54,608 bases of DNA from a virus. The position numbers were made by a program, and so were the translations under genes. The stretch lies in IMG/VR virus record IMGVR_UViG_3300013383_000035. One strand, given 5' to 3'. The notes below the pieces were generated by a model. It saw only the letters and a program-made list of their open reading frames with translations. It was not told the DNA's origin and did not search any database. This document shows positions 16,835 to 25,197 of the stretch, one piece after another; the stretch's first letter is position 1, and each line of letters opens with the position of its first letter.

Positions 16835-17281
16835 AAGAAATGAAAGACTGGAAGGGCAACGCCAAGTCTGTATTTGCCCAATTAGGCGCGTCAAACCACG
16901 CGACAGAGGAGCGTCAGCCGCAAGACTATTATGCCACTGACCCTATTGCCGCCGAATGGTTATTGCGCATTGAGGACATAACCAAAGACAAACCAATTTG
17001 GGAATGTGCCGCAGGGGCAAGGCACCTCGCTGATGTATTCCAGAAAGCGGGATACCGCGTTATAGCCACTGATATAGTCAAAAGAGCCTCGAATGTGGAC
17101 ATCTGTAATTTCCTTACGTTTTGGGACTTCGACCGAAAAGTCCTCGCGCATCCAATGCGCCAAAAACGGCGATTTCGATAAATACAAACTCAACGGCGGA
17201 AGTGCAACAGCATTCGCGTGGTTTGTGTGGGAGGTTGGCTATCAAGGACAAACAACAATAAAAATAAAATGGTTTAATTGA
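16831..17281 (+). pseudogene. Remnant of a small SAM-dependent DNA methyltransferase (internal deletion plus frameshift)
   Basis: The N-terminal frame (16831-17181) has YYATDP and WECAAGARHL (motif I). The C-terminal frame (17093-17281) has SRIQCAKNGDF...AFAWFVWEVGY. The central (D/N)PPY-containing part is absent and the two parts are out of frame. Confidence 0.55.
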
Positions 17282-17306
17282 TATATAATACATAAGAGCT
17301 GCAAAT

Positions 17307-17570
17307 ATGAAGTATGATGAATTACTATTAGCGGTCAATGACTATAAAAAGGAACATCCGAACGAGTGTGTGTTTGTCGTTGTTGCCGATGCAGATAATG
17401 TAAACAGCGTTATCAACGGCAAGTGCCTTCACCTCGCCGAAGCATTGACGAAATTGAGCATCAAAAGCGACTTTATTGGCATTGCAGTCGAAACTGCGGC
17501 TATGCTCTTGGCTAAACGCCGTGTTGATGTAATGGAGACGATGCCGAAATCCAAGTTCAAGTTCGCTTGA
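17307..17570 (+). CDS. Hypothetical protein
   Basis: 87-aa ORF. Confidence 0.5.
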   Translation: MKYDELLLAVNDYKKEHPNECVFVVVADADNVNSVINGKCLHLAEALTKLSIKSDFIGIAVETAAMLLAKRRVDVMETMPKSKFKFA

Positions 17571-17625
17571 TTTTATCAAGAATTATTCGTAACTTGCAGC
17601 ACCTAAACACAATACTACACTACGA

Positions 17626-18717
17626 ATGAAAATTACGGAAATAGATTATAGAAGCGATTTTACGCTCTGCATATCCTTAATGGATATGCTTGAAAAACCA
17701 TTGGACTTAGGATCTTATGATTTTATTGGTGTAATTACAAGTGGGGCAAACGGTACGGAGTACACATTTAGTCGCACCTCGGGCGTTTGTGTTAATTGCA
17801 GTGTGCAGGATGCCGATACGCTTATCTGCAAACTAGACAACCACGGATTGCAGCCGGGTCGTCTCATACTGACCTTTACTTTGGTAAAGCCTGATACGTC
17901 TTATCCCGATGGTAATTGTAAAATGGTTGGCGAACAACGCTTAGATGTCAAGCTCGTTGACGGCAAATGCCCGATAAAGCATCAAACGATATATACGGGT
18001 ATTGTCATACCTACTGTTGTTAGCGCCCCTGCACTTCCGAGGATTGAGGTTAAAGTATGGCAAGACCGCTTTGTCAAAGGCAGAGATGCCACCAACGGAG
18101 GTCGAACATATCTGCGCCTACTCAACGCACGACCATATATTAACGCAGGATATAAGCCTATTTTGCTACGCAAATGCGTGCGAAAACAATCTTATAGCAA
18201 AAAAGGAGGCGACAATAGATGGACTGTCCTGACTAAGGGCTGGCACATTCGCGGAAACCAAGAAACATTGCAGCTGACAGCCATACAACAGCCGGGCAGT
18301 CTTGACGGTAATATCGAACACCTTGTGGCGATTACCGGAAATACCAATTATGTGAATGGCGAAGACTACTCCATGAATGCGATTGACTTTGTCAAGCCAC
18401 ATTCGCCGTATTACCCGAGGGGGACAGAAGATGGTTACAAATACGTAAACGACATTGTTGTATCTTGGGGCAGCCGCACAATGCGCATATACGATGAAGA
18501 TGGTAGCGAGAATGGCGACCCCGTCATTAGTTCGCCCATTCGTTTCAGGTTCGGTATTGCGTTTCAAAAGGACTCCAACTACGAAAAAACACAGCTTAAT
18601 TTGCCGATGAGTGAAATCGTTTCGAATATAGCGACATTCTCGGTGTTTTTTGACCCGAGAGGCGACACCGAAAAACAAGTCGCGACCAATGCCGATTATT
18701 ATTGCTTTGGTTATTAG
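17626..18717 (+). CDS. Hypothetical protein (363 aa)
   Basis: Long ORF with no motif recognised by eye. Confidence 0.6.
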   Translation: MKITEIDYRSDFTLCISLMDMLEKPLDLGSYDFIGVITSGANGTEYTFSRTSGVCVNCSVQDADTLICKLDNHGLQPGRLILTFTLVKPDTSYPDGNCKMVGEQRLDVKLVDGKCPIKHQTIYTGIVIPTVVSAPALPRIEVKVWQDRFVKGRDATNGGRTYLRLLNARPYINAGYKPILLRKCVRKQSYSKKGGDNRWTVLTKGWHIRGNQETLQLTAIQQPGSLDGNIEHLVAITGNTNYVNGEDYSMNAIDFVKPHSPYYPRGTEDGYKYVNDIVVSWGSRTMRIYDEDGSENGDPVISSPIRFRFGIAFQKDSNYEKTQLNLPMSEIVSNIATFSVFFDPRGDTEKQVATNADYYCFGY

Positions 18718-18739
18718 CATAAAATTAGCATAAAAAAAA

Positions 18740-18818
18740 GGTGGTTCGTTACACGAGCCACCTATCTTGCGGTTCGTCGCACGAGCCGTCTTTACCGTGG
18801 TTCGTTACACGAGCCACG
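18740..18818. repeat. Three tandem hairpin repeats with a period of about 28 bp (ggtggttcgttacacgagccacc and variants)
   Basis: Copies at 18740-18762, 18769-18790 and 18796-18818. Each forms a stem of about 9 bp with a 5-nt loop. Confidence 0.8.
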
Positions 18819-18908
18819 ACAATGCAAAGATAGATATAATTTTTAAGATCGCAAAAATTACATCTAAAATCACAGACAAAAAACTAAACGATAAACAAGA
18901 AAAGTCTT

Positions 18909-20027
18909 ATGTTCAGATTTACGCTTAATGCGAAGGCGTTAGACATCCTACAAGCGCTTGATAAGATTGCAAGCGCTAAAAAGTCGTTAGCTGCACAATC
19001 TCTTTTGTTGTTAGAGGTTGCCGACAATCTCACAATACGTCTGACTGCTTTTAACGATGAAGCGCGTATGACCGCAATGCTACACCCCACAGAAGTAGAG
19101 GGTGAGGGGCGGATATGCATTGAGCCTAAAAAGCTAGGCGCACTTACACGTGCCATAGGCGACATGCCGATGACAATAACGTATGACGATAACACCAATA
19201 TGGTTGGTATTACAACGCCAAACGGCAAGTATAATCTAAACGCGTATGATGCGGCGGACTATCCGCAGGCCGACAAGGTTGATGGTTTACGATACGATAT
19301 TGTGGCGGAATACATCTCCCGAGGTGTCAAGGCAACGGCATTTGCCGCCGCAACGGATGCTGATTACCGTCCGCAACTACAAGGTGTTCACATCAACTTT
19401 GGCAACTCGGCGTTGACGTTTACGGCCACCGATACACGAGTATTGGCGCAATTGTCTTTTGCCGATTTCAGTAACGAGGAGACCGCCGAGGTTGTTGTCC
19501 CGACTAAATACGCGCAAATGATGGCTTCATTCTGTGATGAGGTCGGCGACAACAAAGTAACACTGACAATTTCGGGAAAAACCCTAACACTTAACACTGG
19601 GGACATTAAGATTACCTCGGTGCTTGTAGCCGGAACTTACCCCGCTGTTGAGCGAGCATTTCCGCACGGCTTAAAGAACAGGGCGGAGGTTGACGCCCAA
19701 ACACTGCGCACAGCGCTTTCTCGTGTGGCTATTTTAGCCAATGAACGCGTCCCTGCCGTTAATATATCCGCGGACGCCACAGGCGAAATACGCGTTTCTA
19801 CAATAGATGAAGACACGCAGCAAAATGCTTCGGAAACCATTTACGGTGCAACCGACGAGCCAATAAGTATGTATTTTGGGTATAAGGTTCTCGTAAACGC
19901 CATAAGCGTATTCACAGGGGATATAATAATGCAGGCCGTGGATGCTACACACCCTGCATTGTTTGTTCCTGCCCAAAACGAACAACATACACGATACTGT
20001 GTATTGGCTATGCCAATTATGAAATAG
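18909..20027 (+). CDS. dnaN: DNA polymerase III beta sliding clamp
   Basis: 372 aa with a DnaN-like N-terminus (MFRFTLNAKALDILQALDKI...LLLEVADNLTIRLTAFNDE) and three-domain length. Confidence 0.8.
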   Translation: MFRFTLNAKALDILQALDKIASAKKSLAAQSLLLLEVADNLTIRLTAFNDEARMTAMLHPTEVEGEGRICIEPKKLGALTRAIGDMPMTITYDDNTNMVGITTPNGKYNLNAYDAADYPQADKVDGLRYDIVAEYISRGVKATAFAAATDADYRPQLQGVHINFGNSALTFTATDTRVLAQLSFADFSNEETAEVVVPTKYAQMMASFCDEVGDNKVTLTISGKTLTLNTGDIKITSVLVAGTYPAVERAFPHGLKNRAEVDAQTLRTALSRVAILANERVPAVNISADATGEIRVSTIDEDTQQNASETIYGATDEPISMYFGYKVLVNAISVFTGDIIMQAVDATHPALFVPAQNEQHTRYCVLAMPIMK

Positions 20028-20346
20028 TAAGTACGATTCTTCTCATAGAGATTTGATTTTAATTATGATGATTGTGTCAGTCTCGTTTGTGAAAATAGGA
20101 CTGACTATTTATGCCGCGGCGGCGAAGCTCTTAGTTGTCGCCTTATAGGTTCGCGATCTATCTGCGGCGCAAGTTGTTACGTAATTTTTATGCGTTACAG
20201 AGTTTATTGTATTAATTGACTGATAAGTGAGCAAGTAAGTATGATATTCGGCACGGCGGCAATGCCAAGCACTCAATCCGCGAGGACGTAAGCGCTTAAA
20301 CCCGCCTACTTTGGCCGCATCGTCTAAGCAAGACGTCTCCGATTTT

Positions 20347-20616
20347 ATGGTATTTGTCGGGGGAAATGTAGGTTCACACCCTGCTGCGGCTTCCAAATCA
20401 AACGCGAAACTATATATAGCACGCAATATTAGCCGCGGCACAACGCTGGTAGCCGTAATTGTGGCAAACACGCCCGAAGAAGCCCAACGACTTATCGTAC
20501 AAAGACGTCCCGACCAAAGTTGGGTGATAATACCAGACTGGATGCTTCTAAACCCAATGAAACAAATAAACGTTAACGTTAACACAAACAAACCAAGAGT
20601 TATTGCGGTAATATGA
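20347..20616 (+). CDS. Hypothetical protein
   Basis: Track ORF 20311-20616, first ATG at 20347. ATGA overlap with the methyltransferase start. Confidence 0.4.
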   Translation: MVFVGGNVGSHPAAASKSNAKLYIARNISRGTTLVAVIVANTPEEAQRLIVQRRPDQSWVIIPDWMLLNPMKQINVNVNTNKPRVIAVI

Positions 20617-21350
20617 AAACAATTAGAGTGTTTGAGGCTTTCGCGGGCTATGGCTCACAGGCGCTCGCGCTTGAACGCCTCGAAGCGGCATACCCCGACA
20701 AGGTACATTTTGAGTATGTGGGCATAAGCGAAATTGGCCCTAACGCCATAAAGGCTTATCTCGCCTTACACGGCTATGATACTCCAAATTTCGGGGATAT
20801 TTCTAAAATAAATTGGAATGACGTTCCCGATTTCGACTTGTTTACTTACTCATTTCCTTGTCAGGATATATCATCGTCAGGGTTGCAACGCGGCTTTGAT
20901 GCTGATAGCGGCACGCGCTCGTCTCTACTTTGGGAGTGCGAGCATGCAATCAAAATAAAACGTCCTAAGTATCTGCTAATGGAAAACGTCAAGGCGCTCA
21001 CGCAGAGAAAATTTTTGCCGTTGTTCAATAAGTGGCTTGGGGTGCTCGCTTCCTATGGTTATGCGAATTATTGGCAAATACTCAACGCCGCCGACTTCGG
21101 TGTTCCGCAAAACCGCGAGCGTGTGTTTGTCGTCAGTGTGCACGGCGAACATAAGCCGTTTGCATTTCCAAGCGGTAAACCACTCGAAACAACTGTCGAA
21201 GATGTTCTCGAAGACGCAAATGATGTCCCCCAAAGCTACTATTTCCCCAAAGAAAGGTCTGATGAGGTTTTAGACAATATCATTGCTCAACCGCGCACTC
21301 GAAAGATGCTTGAAGAACTTTATCACGAGTTATGGCGGTCAAACAAGTAG
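20613..21350 (+). CDS. C5-cytosine DNA methyltransferase, N-terminal catalytic half (motifs I-VIII only)
   Basis: FAGYGS (motif I), FPCQDIS (motif IV PCQ), ENV (motif VI), QNRERVF (motif VIII). It stops before any TRD or motifs IX-X. Confidence 0.9.
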   Translation: MKTIRVFEAFAGYGSQALALERLEAAYPDKVHFEYVGISEIGPNAIKAYLALHGYDTPNFGDISKINWNDVPDFDLFTYSFPCQDISSSGLQRGFDADSGTRSSLLWECEHAIKIKRPKYLLMENVKALTQRKFLPLFNKWLGVLASYGYANYWQILNAADFGVPQNRERVFVVSVHGEHKPFAFPSGKPLETTVEDVLEDANDVPQSYYFPKERSDEVLDNIIAQPRTRKMLEELYHELWRSNK

Positions 21351-21364
21351 GTCTTAATCTGACA

Positions 21365-21372
21365 GGGGGGGG
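21365..21372 (+). repeat. G8 homopolymer tract 1
   Basis: Read directly. It encodes GGG in the frame starting at ATG 21332, and adding one G joins that frame to the frame-1 ORF ending at 21612. Confidence 0.95.
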
Positions 21373-21570
21373 CATTGCGCAGTGCATAACAACCTTAGTC
21401 GCGAAGCAAGGCGAACAGAATGTCTTACAGCACCGCGGCAAGTATCGCCCCTGTTTAGGAGTGCTTGTGATATGGATAGGCAAATAGCAGTTGGGCTGAC
21501 GAGTGTCGGCCTTGTCAGAACGCTGCGAGCATCGCAATATAACACGCCACTCACCCAAGCCAAACGCAAC

Positions 21571-21578
21571 GGGGGGGG
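21571..21578 (+). repeat. G8 homopolymer tract 2
   Basis: Read directly, inside the frame-1 fragment (..KRNGGGVIAE..). Confidence 0.95.
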
Positions 21579-21648
21579 CGTTATTGCAGAGATAATATAT
21601 TATGTGTGTTAAGACTAAAAATAAACAGATAGCCGTATCTACAAAACA

Positions 21649-21656
21649 GGGGGGGG
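21649..21656 (+). repeat. G8 homopolymer tract 3
   Basis: Read directly, inside ORF 21602-21796. Each tract length gives a different C-terminus. Confidence 0.95.
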
Positions 21657-21860
21657 TATTCTCCTGCTGTGTTGCTCAAATGCACCACGCCGGATATACC
21701 AATTTTATCGGCAGAAATAATCCTTACGGCTGTATGACATCAATACTCGTGATAAAAAAAGATGGAAACAAAGAGCATAGCAATAAACCTCAATAACCGA
21801 GGTTGCGCCTTTGCCGTAACAACACGCAGCGGCGATGCTTCCTTTCGGGACTCTGTTAGT

Positions 21861-21869
21861 GGGGGGGGG
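21861..21869 (+). repeat. G9 homopolymer tract 4
   Basis: Read directly. Adding one G joins the frame-0 fragment METKSIAINL...SGGG to the 75-codon frame-2 ORF ending at 22085. Confidence 0.95.
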
Positions 21870-22133
21870 TATTATCCCAAGCTAAGTGTGCTAATAATCA
21901 AAAGTGGAAGAACACAAGGCAAATAGGCCACGCAAGGCGGATAAATATCCGTGTTAATCCGCAGCGGTATCGTCCATATCTGACGTATGGCCTTGTTCAT
22001 ACTGCCACACGTGCGTGGGGACAATATACTGCCCCATACTGCCCCTTTGGTTTATGGTTAATAATAAATTTATCCTCACGCCGATAAGGACGGAGGAAGG
22101 TCGCCGCTTACGGCGCATTTACGGTGATACGAT

Positions 22134-22141
22134 GGGGGGGG
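22134..22141 (+). repeat. G8 homopolymer tract 5, which interrupts a recognisable TRD
   Basis: Upstream in frame 1 is ..ILTPIRTEEGRRLRRIYGDTMGG. Downstream in frame 0 is GGGFRYRHLVPRTDGCSNTLTTVLKDNLI. A 9-G tract would fuse them. Confidence 0.95.
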
Positions 22142-22160
22142 CTTCCGCTACCGACACCTC

Positions 22161-22574
22161 GTGCCGCGCACGGACGGATGCAGCAACACGCTTACAACAG
22201 TACTTAAAGACAATCTAATTATGGGTTTAGAACAACAATTGACAACGCTTGAATATCACGAGCATCCAACCGTCGAGCAGCTTGTGGTGTTTTTCAAACC
22301 AATAGCGTATATCCGCAAGGCCACACCGCGAGAGTATTTCCGGCTTATGGGCTTGACGGAAACCGATATTGATAAAATAGACGCATATCCTTGTGCGTCT
22401 GTGCAGGAGTTCGCTAATGCGGATAAGGCTACACAGCGGCAAGGCATAGCCAAATCCAACAAATACAAACTTGCAGGCAATAGCATCGTTGTTGACGTGC
22501 TTTACGCGATATTCGAAAATATGTTTATCAAAGACGGCGGTGATACAGCACGTCAAATGACGCTTGACTTATGA
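22161..22574 (+). CDS. C5-cytosine DNA methyltransferase, C-terminal part (end of the TRD plus motifs IX and X). The frame is open from 22128, with no ATG upstream in frame
   Basis: DGCSNTLTTVLKDNLI (TRD), ATPREYFRLMGL (motif IX), AGNSIVVDVL (motif X). Same frame (mod 3) as 20613-21350. Confidence 0.85.
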   Translation: MPRTDGCSNTLTTVLKDNLIMGLEQQLTTLEYHEHPTVEQLVVFFKPIAYIRKATPREYFRLMGLTETDIDKIDAYPCASVQEFANADKATQRQGIAKSNKYKLAGNSIVVDVLYAIFENMFIKDGGDTARQMTLDL

Positions 22575-22825
22575 AAAAACAAATAGAAGTTGACCGCGAC
22601 AAACTTATAGACATACTTGTTGCCGTGTGTCCGCAACGCGGCCTTATCGGAGACGAGACGGACATGTGCAAAAGCGTTTACTTGCGGCAATGCCGTGTTT
22701 ACCTCGGCGACCGCTATGAAAAATGCCCTCCCGATTGTCCGCACCTCGAAGAAGCGGCGGCGGACGCACGATGCAAACGCGGCTACTGCCCGAGAATCAA
22801 AAAACTACTTAAAGAGCTGAAATAA
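22571..22825 (+). CDS. Cys-rich hypothetical protein
   Basis: 84-aa ORF with ATGA-type coupling on both sides. Confidence 0.5.
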   Translation: MKKQIEVDRDKLIDILVAVCPQRGLIGDETDMCKSVYLRQCRVYLGDRYEKCPPDCPHLEEAAADARCKRGYCPRIKKLLKELK

Positions 22826-23784
22826 TGAAAATAGGATTAATTGACGTTGACGGCCAACATCGTAGGCGCAGCGCTAAACCATATCCCAACCTCGCCCTCG
22901 CCAAGATTGCCGCATACCATAAGAATCTCGGTGATGAGGTAGAATGGTATAACCCGCTATGGGGGGGGTATGACAGAGTCTATGCGGCCAAAATTTTCAA
23001 TTTTAGCCCCGACTACGATATACCAATAAACGCTAAGGAGGTAGTTAAAGGCGGCACGGGATATGATATACACTCGCGGTTGCCCGAAGAAATTGACAGG
23101 CTACAACCGGACTACTCAATATATCCCCATGTCGGCAAAAAAGAGTCTTATGGGTTTATCACGCGAGGATGCCCCAACAAATGTCCGTGGTGTGTTGTCC
23201 CCGAAAAAGAGGGCAACATTAAACCTTATATGGATATTGACGAAATTACGCTGCACGGCAGGCGTCCGAACGTAACACTTATGGACAACAATATTCTTGC
23301 TTGCCCTTACGGAATTGAGCAACTCGAAAAGGTTGCGGATAAAGGCTATTGCATTGACCTAAATCAAGGCAATTCGGCAAGACTTGTAACACCTCGTATT
23401 GCTCAAATATTTGCATCTATACGCTGGTATCGGGGAAATATTCGTTTTGCAGCGGACACACTTCGTCAAATTGAAGAAGTTGAAAACGCGATGCAGCTTA
23501 TTGACGGCTATTCCAAACATCCCAGGCACTATGTTGTTTACACGATGATACACGGCGATATGGAAAGCTGCTATAAACGATTGGTTCACTTTCGTAGTAA
23601 TCCGAGAGTTGCAATTTGCGCCCAGCCTTTTCGTAATCCGCACAAAGAAAACGCAATACCGCAATGGCAAAGAGATATGGCTCGGTGGGCAAATCGACAC
23701 GAGTTTTTCAAGGCAATCGACTTTTGGGATTTCGTACCGCGAAAGGGCTTCAAGTGTTCAGTATATAAAAATCTAATCAATTGA
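22825..23784 (+). CDS. Radical SAM enzyme (B12-binding-like N-terminal domain)
   Basis: GCPNKCPWC is the CX3CX2C radical-SAM cluster motif. 319 aa. Confidence 0.75.
   Translation: MKIGLIDVDGQHRRRSAKPYPNLALAKIAAYHKNLGDEVEWYNPLWGGYDRVYAAKIFNFSPDYDIPINAKEVVKGGTGYDIHSRLPEEIDRLQPDYSIYPHVGKKESYGFITRGCPNKCPWCVVPEKEGNIKPYMDIDEITLHGRRPNVTLMDNNILACPYGIEQLEKVADKGYCIDLNQGNSARLVTPRIAQIFASIRWYRGNIRFAADTLRQIEEVENAMQLIDGYSKHPRHYVVYTMIHGDMESCYKRLVHFRSNPRVAICAQPFRNPHKENAIPQWQRDMARWANRHEFFKAIDFWDFVPRKGFKCSVYKNLIN
22961..22968 (+). repeat. G8 homopolymer tract 6, in frame within the radical SAM gene
   Basis: Encodes W-G-G in ..NPLWGGYDRV... Any change of one G would truncate the protein after about 47 aa. Confidence 0.95.
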
Positions 23785-23789
23785 CATAA

Positions 23790-24041
23790 ATGAATAAACT
23801 ACTTAATTGGTTTACAACCTCCAACCGACATCTACATATCCTCGGCGGCGTGCTTATGGGATTGTTCTCTGACGGCGTATATTGCACCGCTTATGCCACC
23901 ATACTCACCGCCTCGGCATTGGAGTTCAAAGATGTTCAATGGGGCGGTCGGTGGGACTGGGTGGACTGGGGCATGACCATCCTCGGCAGCGCTCTCGGTT
24001 TCGGCCTACAAACGATAATATTAACACTGATAGGAATATGA
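23790..24041 (+). CDS. Small membrane protein
   Basis: 83 aa with hydrophobic segments. Confidence 0.5.
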   Translation: MNKLLNWFTTSNRHLHILGGVLMGLFSDGVYCTAYATILTASALEFKDVQWGGRWDWVDWGMTILGSALGFGLQTIILTLIGI

Positions 24042-24298
24042 GAACCGATACACAAATCATAGGCAGCGGCGCAAAAAGGGCGCGACACGGCTCTTATTGC
24101 AGCATTTATGTGGACAATCGCGGACGTACTCGCAGCGGAAACATCCGCTGGGGTTTGCGTGCCGAATTTCAGACGATTACGGCGGGGGGCGCTGTCCGTT
24201 TGCGCAAATGGTTCAAACACCGAGCAGATGCAGAGCGTTGGCTCGGCGGCATCGCCAACCATCAACGTCTGCAAGATATGGGAATAGCGTCTAAATAA
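24038..24298 (+). CDS. Hypothetical basic protein (possible DNA-binding)
   Basis: ATG 24038 overlaps the upstream stop (ATGA). This is the in-frame part of track ORF 23882-24298. Confidence 0.45.
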   Translation: MRTDTQIIGSGAKRARHGSYCSIYVDNRGRTRSGNIRWGLRAEFQTITAGGAVRLRKWFKHRADAERWLGGIANHQRLQDMGIASK

Positions 24299-24309
24299 TA
24301 AAACATACA

Positions 24310-24732
24310 ATGAACATCAAAATCAAGAAAACAAATAAATTGGCAGTGATACCTGCTTATGCATCAAGCGGCGCAAGCGGCTTAGATCTCACCGCAATAG
24401 ACCTTGTAATAATTAATCCCGGCGAGCGCAAATTGCTACGCACCGGCATCGCTATTGAGCTTCCGCAAGGATACGGCGCCTTTGTTATGGGACGCAGCGG
24501 AAATACCATCAAGCGCGGTCTTGTCGTTGCTCTCGGTCTTGTTGACAGCGACTATCGCGGCGAAATAGGCGTGATGGCATTCAATACCACCGACAAGAAG
24601 ATGATAATTCAACAAGGCGACCGCATTGCCCAATTGGTGATAATGCCTACGCCGCAAACACAGATAGAGGAAACAAACGAACTAACCGACACAAGCCGAG
24701 GTGTAAACGGCTTCGGCTCAACCGGAATGTAA
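24310..24732 (+). CDS. dut: dUTP diphosphatase
   Basis: GRSGNTIKRGL, DSDYRGEI, GDRIAQL and RGVNGFGSTG dUTPase motifs. Confidence 0.9.
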   Translation: MNIKIKKTNKLAVIPAYASSGASGLDLTAIDLVIINPGERKLLRTGIAIELPQGYGAFVMGRSGNTIKRGLVVALGLVDSDYRGEIGVMAFNTTDKKMIIQQGDRIAQLVIMPTPQTQIEETNELTDTSRGVNGFGSTGM

Positions 24733-24752
24733 TCAATATAATTCACACAACA

Positions 24753-24974
24753 ATGAACCGTAATAAAATAATAAATGGAATTAAAGAAGTGGCACGCATA
24801 GTAATCCTTGCTATCGGACTACTATTATCAATGCCGCTACATCTATGCTTGGTAGCTTTTCGTTGGCTGGATAACGGAGTTTATCGCCTTATCCAATGGC
24901 TGCTTAAAGTACTGAAAGACACAACCGTAAACACAGAGGAAAATGACACAGATAGAGAAAATAATCCTGCATAG
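24753..24974 (+). CDS. Small membrane protein
   Basis: 73 aa with a hydrophobic core, VARIVILAIGLLLSMPLHLCLVAF. Confidence 0.5.
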   Translation: MNRNKIINGIKEVARIVILAIGLLLSMPLHLCLVAFRWLDNGVYRLIQWLLKVLKDTTVNTEENDTDRENNPA

Positions 24975-25197
24975 CATCGCGCGACACGAAAGCGAGATGG
25001 CGCGTTATCAAAAGGAAGAATGTTACGCCCCTGTTTTCGATGTTTGGGTTGATATTAAGCGTGAATTTGTCGCCGCAATTCAGCGCCTCATAGAGCAAGG
25101 GTATATCGAAGAATTATACCAATGGGGCAACGAATACGGCTATCAACTGAAAAACCGAAATAATGGACACGATAACGATAAGTCGGGAAACGTTTAA
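24943..25197 (+). CDS. Hypothetical protein
   Basis: 84-aa ORF. Confidence 0.45.
   Translation: MTQIEKIILHSIARHESEMARYQKEECYAPVFDVWVDIKREFVAAIQRLIEQGYIEELYQWGNEYGYQLKNRNNGHDNDKSGNV

Larger units (their letters stand above)
21332..22160 (+). other. Array of mutually out-of-frame TRD-like ORF fragments between the two halves of the C5 methyltransferase
   Basis: Fragments at 21332-21487 (f2), 21358-21612 (f1), 21602-21796 (f2), 21762-21926 (f0), 21860-22085 (f2) and 22015-22218 (f1). Four begin with paralogous K(Q/S)(I/V)(A/G)xxL motifs. Five G8-9 tracts are present. Confidence 0.7.

Noticed and set aside
20109-20591. 160-aa minus-strand ORF
   Set aside because: Its sequence looks random. It lies antisense to a plus-strand ORF that is translationally coupled (ATGA) to the methyltransferase, and it runs against the direction of the whole block.
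21351-22160. Intron, intein or homing-endonuclease insertion splitting the C5 methyltransferase
   Set aside because: No HNH, LAGLIDADG or GIY-YIG-like ORF is present, and no intein splice motifs are seen. The inserted sequence itself translates into TRD-like peptides. A pure homopolymer sequencing error cannot be excluded. It is less likely because an identical G8 tract is in frame in the radical-SAM gene, and because the fragments also differ in frame where no G tract lies between them (for example 21596-21612).
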